Shown: positions 62,201-64,000 of the stretch, one piece after another
Layout of the letters: every line of letters begins with the position of its first letter
Position numbering within the stretch: the first letter of the stretch is position 1
From: a virus
Lineage: Duplodnaviria; Heunggongvirae; Uroviricota; Caudoviricetes
Direction: 5' to 3' (one strand)
Length of the DNA stretch: 64,000 bases
IMG/VR virus record: IMGVR_UViG_3300042270_000314
Notes under the pieces: model-generated
Seen by the model: the letters and a program-made list of their open reading frames with translations, nothing else
Database searches by the model: none
What the model was told of the DNA's origin: nothing
Program-made: the position numbers and the translations under genes

Positions 62201-62208
62201 TATTTATA
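62201..62208 (-). promoter_or_regulatory. T4-type late promoter upstream of gene 32
   Basis: Intergenic TATAAATA next to a TTTACA-16-TATAAT early-type promoter. Confidence 0.5.
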
Positions 62209-62247
62209 GAGTTTATTATAATTAGAGATGATCATATGTAAACAAGG

Positions 62248-64000
62248 TTACATCCATTTCTCTAATTCAATATAATCATATGGGGTTATCCCCTTGTCTA
62301 GAGAAAAAATAACATCCGCCTCCTCAGGGAATTCAACAATCTCAGCATTTCTAGCATGACAATGAAGAGAGACTAAAGTACCAAGATCTAAAGATTTCTT
62401 TTGAATAATAGACTTAAATAGAGCCAATTGATTAAATCCCTGATTCCCCATATTGTAACATGAACCTACAGGTTTTCCATTAATATCCACAAAATGAACT
62501 GTATTTTCAACAATATCAAATACTACAGGGGTATAGGTTTTCGCATTACCTGTAAGGTCCAGTTGTTGTGTTACTGTCTTGGGATCATACATCTCATTTG
62601 ATTTTGGTTTACTGCGTTTCATCCATCCTACAGAACATTTTTCAAGTTGGTCAAAACTTTGATCTCTAAAGACGTAAATATGCATACCAACATATCTTAC
62701 ACCAAAATCTCTTGCGGCGTTTAGATCAATATCAATATACTCAGATGCTCCATCAGGACCCAGGGCTTCAATCACATCTCCTGAATGTTGGGAAAATCTA
62801 TTTATTGTATGTCTATAAGAACATTCTCCCATTTTTGAAAAATTTTCTGAATAAAATGAAGCTGCTAAATCCAGATCATTCCCAATCCAAAACATGAACA
62901 TCCGTAATGTGTTATCCCCATTAAATGGCATACATGTTCCTCTAGAAACAATCTTCTTACCTGGGGTTGCATTTCTTAGACCATTGTTGATAGAGGTTTT
63001 AAACATATCATTCGAGATATATACCTTTCCTAATGGCTCCAATTTAGAAAATCTATTTTGCAAAGTTTTAAAAATCAACCCAATAAGCTTATTTTTATAA
63101 AGTCTCATTAACGTTGGATATTCATTGGTCTTTTTATTCACCCAGAACTTTGTCTTCATTCCCTTTGGAAAAAATACTCTATTTTCTAAATTATCATTAA
63201 TGATAAATGAATATAGCTGATAAAGAATTTTATTAGGAATAGAATCATCCTTCAATACATTCTCAATATAACCAAATAAATGCCTAACATAAGTTACAGG
63301 ACAACCTTCCAATACAATAAAAAGTCTACTAATATTACGAACAAATACCCCAGGTTTATGTTGCAAATGCTCAAGAAGAGAAATTAATGTTTCTTCATCT
63401 TTATACTCAATATATGAATTAAACAAAGATTCTGTTACATTATTAAAAGTTCTAACTTTGAACTTTTCTCTAACTACTTTAGACCATTTGAATAGTTTTG
63501 GGGAGAATTCCCCAATATGGATACAGTGGAAAAGTTTTACCCATTTGTTTTTATGAATAAGAAGATCATCAAAAGAAAGATTTGTAGAGTCCAAAAGCTC
63601 AACAATAAATTTTCTTTCTGGTCTATTTAATTTAAATTTTGTATTTTCTGCAAGAGAAATATCTCCCCCTGAAAGAGCAGTAGCAATTCTAAGAACATCT
63701 GTTACAGAATATCTCTTTCCAGAAATAAAAGCATTTTTGATATGTACTGAACTTCCAAAATGCTTGAAGATTATAGAAACAAAAATAGCTAGATGTTCCT
63801 TATGGATAATACTATCTAAAATATTAGGTAAACGATCCACATCATGCTCATCAAAAAGAAGAGGAACAGAAAGTTTAATAAATTCAATATCATCTACAGG
63901 TAGTGAATTCTTGGAACAAAGCAGCTTATCAAAAACAAGCTCTTTAACATCATTTATAGAAGCAAATGACAACTCAGTAAATTTGAAATTTTCATCGATT
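62248..64000 (-). CDS. large protein with C-terminal TerD-related domain (5' end outside window)
   Basis: F..W...DLDL.A.F, HSGD...GASEYIDIDL, GWM.R, YDPKTV; frame is open to the window edge. Confidence 0.65.
   Translation of the reverse strand, partial: IDENFKFTELSFASINDVKELVFDKLLCSKNSLPVDDIEFIKLSVPLLFDEHDVDRLPNILDSIIHKEHLAIFVSIIFKHFGSSVHIKNAFISGKRYSVTDVLRIATALSGGDISLAENTKFKLNRPERKFIVELLDSTNLSFDDLLIHKNKWVKLFHCIHIGEFSPKLFKWSKVVREKFKVRTFNNVTESLFNSYIEYKDEETLISLLEHLQHKPGVFVRNISRLFIVLEGCPVTYVRHLFGYIENVLKDDSIPNKILYQLYSFIINDNLENRVFFPKGMKTKFWVNKKTNEYPTLMRLYKNKLIGLIFKTLQNRFSKLEPLGKVYISNDMFKTSINNGLRNATPGKKIVSRGTCMPFNGDNTLRMFMFWIGNDLDLAASFYSENFSKMGECSYRHTINRFSQHSGDVIEALGPDGASEYIDIDLNAARDFGVRYVGMHIYVFRDQSFDQLEKCSVGWMKRSKPKSNEMYDPKTVTQQLDLTGNAKTYTPVVFDIVENTVHFVDINGKPVGSCYNMGNQGFNQLALFKSIIQKKSLDLGTLVSLHCHARNAEIVEFPEEADVIFSLDKGITPYDYIELEKWM

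Noticed and set aside
1636-63100. Many short opposite-strand or overlapping ORFs in the track (e.g. 1636-1869, 5266-5625, 7902-8291, 47878-48264, 60145-60492)
   Set aside because: They are shadows of well-supported genes, with no RBS or motifs
1-64000. tRNA, rRNA or CRISPR array (including an opal suppressor tRNA)
   Set aside because: No cloverleaf or regularly spaced repeat-spacer array was recognised by eye. The window is almost fully coding. A tRNAscan/ARAGORN run is still needed, and a suppressor may lie elsewhere in the genome.

Overview
This AT-rich window is part of a large T4-related (T-even-like or jumbo) bacteriophage genome. It carries the replication core (gp41 helicase, gp61 primase, RNase H, gp43 polymerase, gp32 SSB, NAD-dependent ligase), nucleotide metabolism genes, RNA repair enzymes, a lysis cassette, many small early genes, sigma70-type early promoters (TTTACA-17-TAnnnT) and T4-type late promoters (TATAAATA). 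The supplied standard-code ORF track is misleading. By manual reading, about 39 in-frame TGA codons fall inside otherwise intact genes, several at conserved Trp positions. Reading TGA as Trp restores TAATG stop/start coupling, and nearly all genuine gene ends are TAA or TAG, so the phage reads TGA as Trp (code 4-like). TGA use is very uneven: none in the polymerase/bgt block, but dense in the lysis genes, mobile nucleases and a glycosylation cluster. Standout systems are (1) a T4-like hydroxymethylcytosine pathway whose beta-glucosyltransferase homolog sits with a CofD/YvcK-PMM-like fusion and a sugar-phosphate nucleotidyltransferase, suggesting a non-glucose DNA hypermodification; (2) a TGA-rich UDP-sulfoquinovose synthase/glycosyltransferase cluster; (3) a stand-alone TnpB with a late promoter and an in-frame TGA; and (4) a dispersed ~200 bp repeat with a flipped core. 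No tRNA, rRNA or CRISPR array was recognised. All assignments come from motif recognition without database searches.
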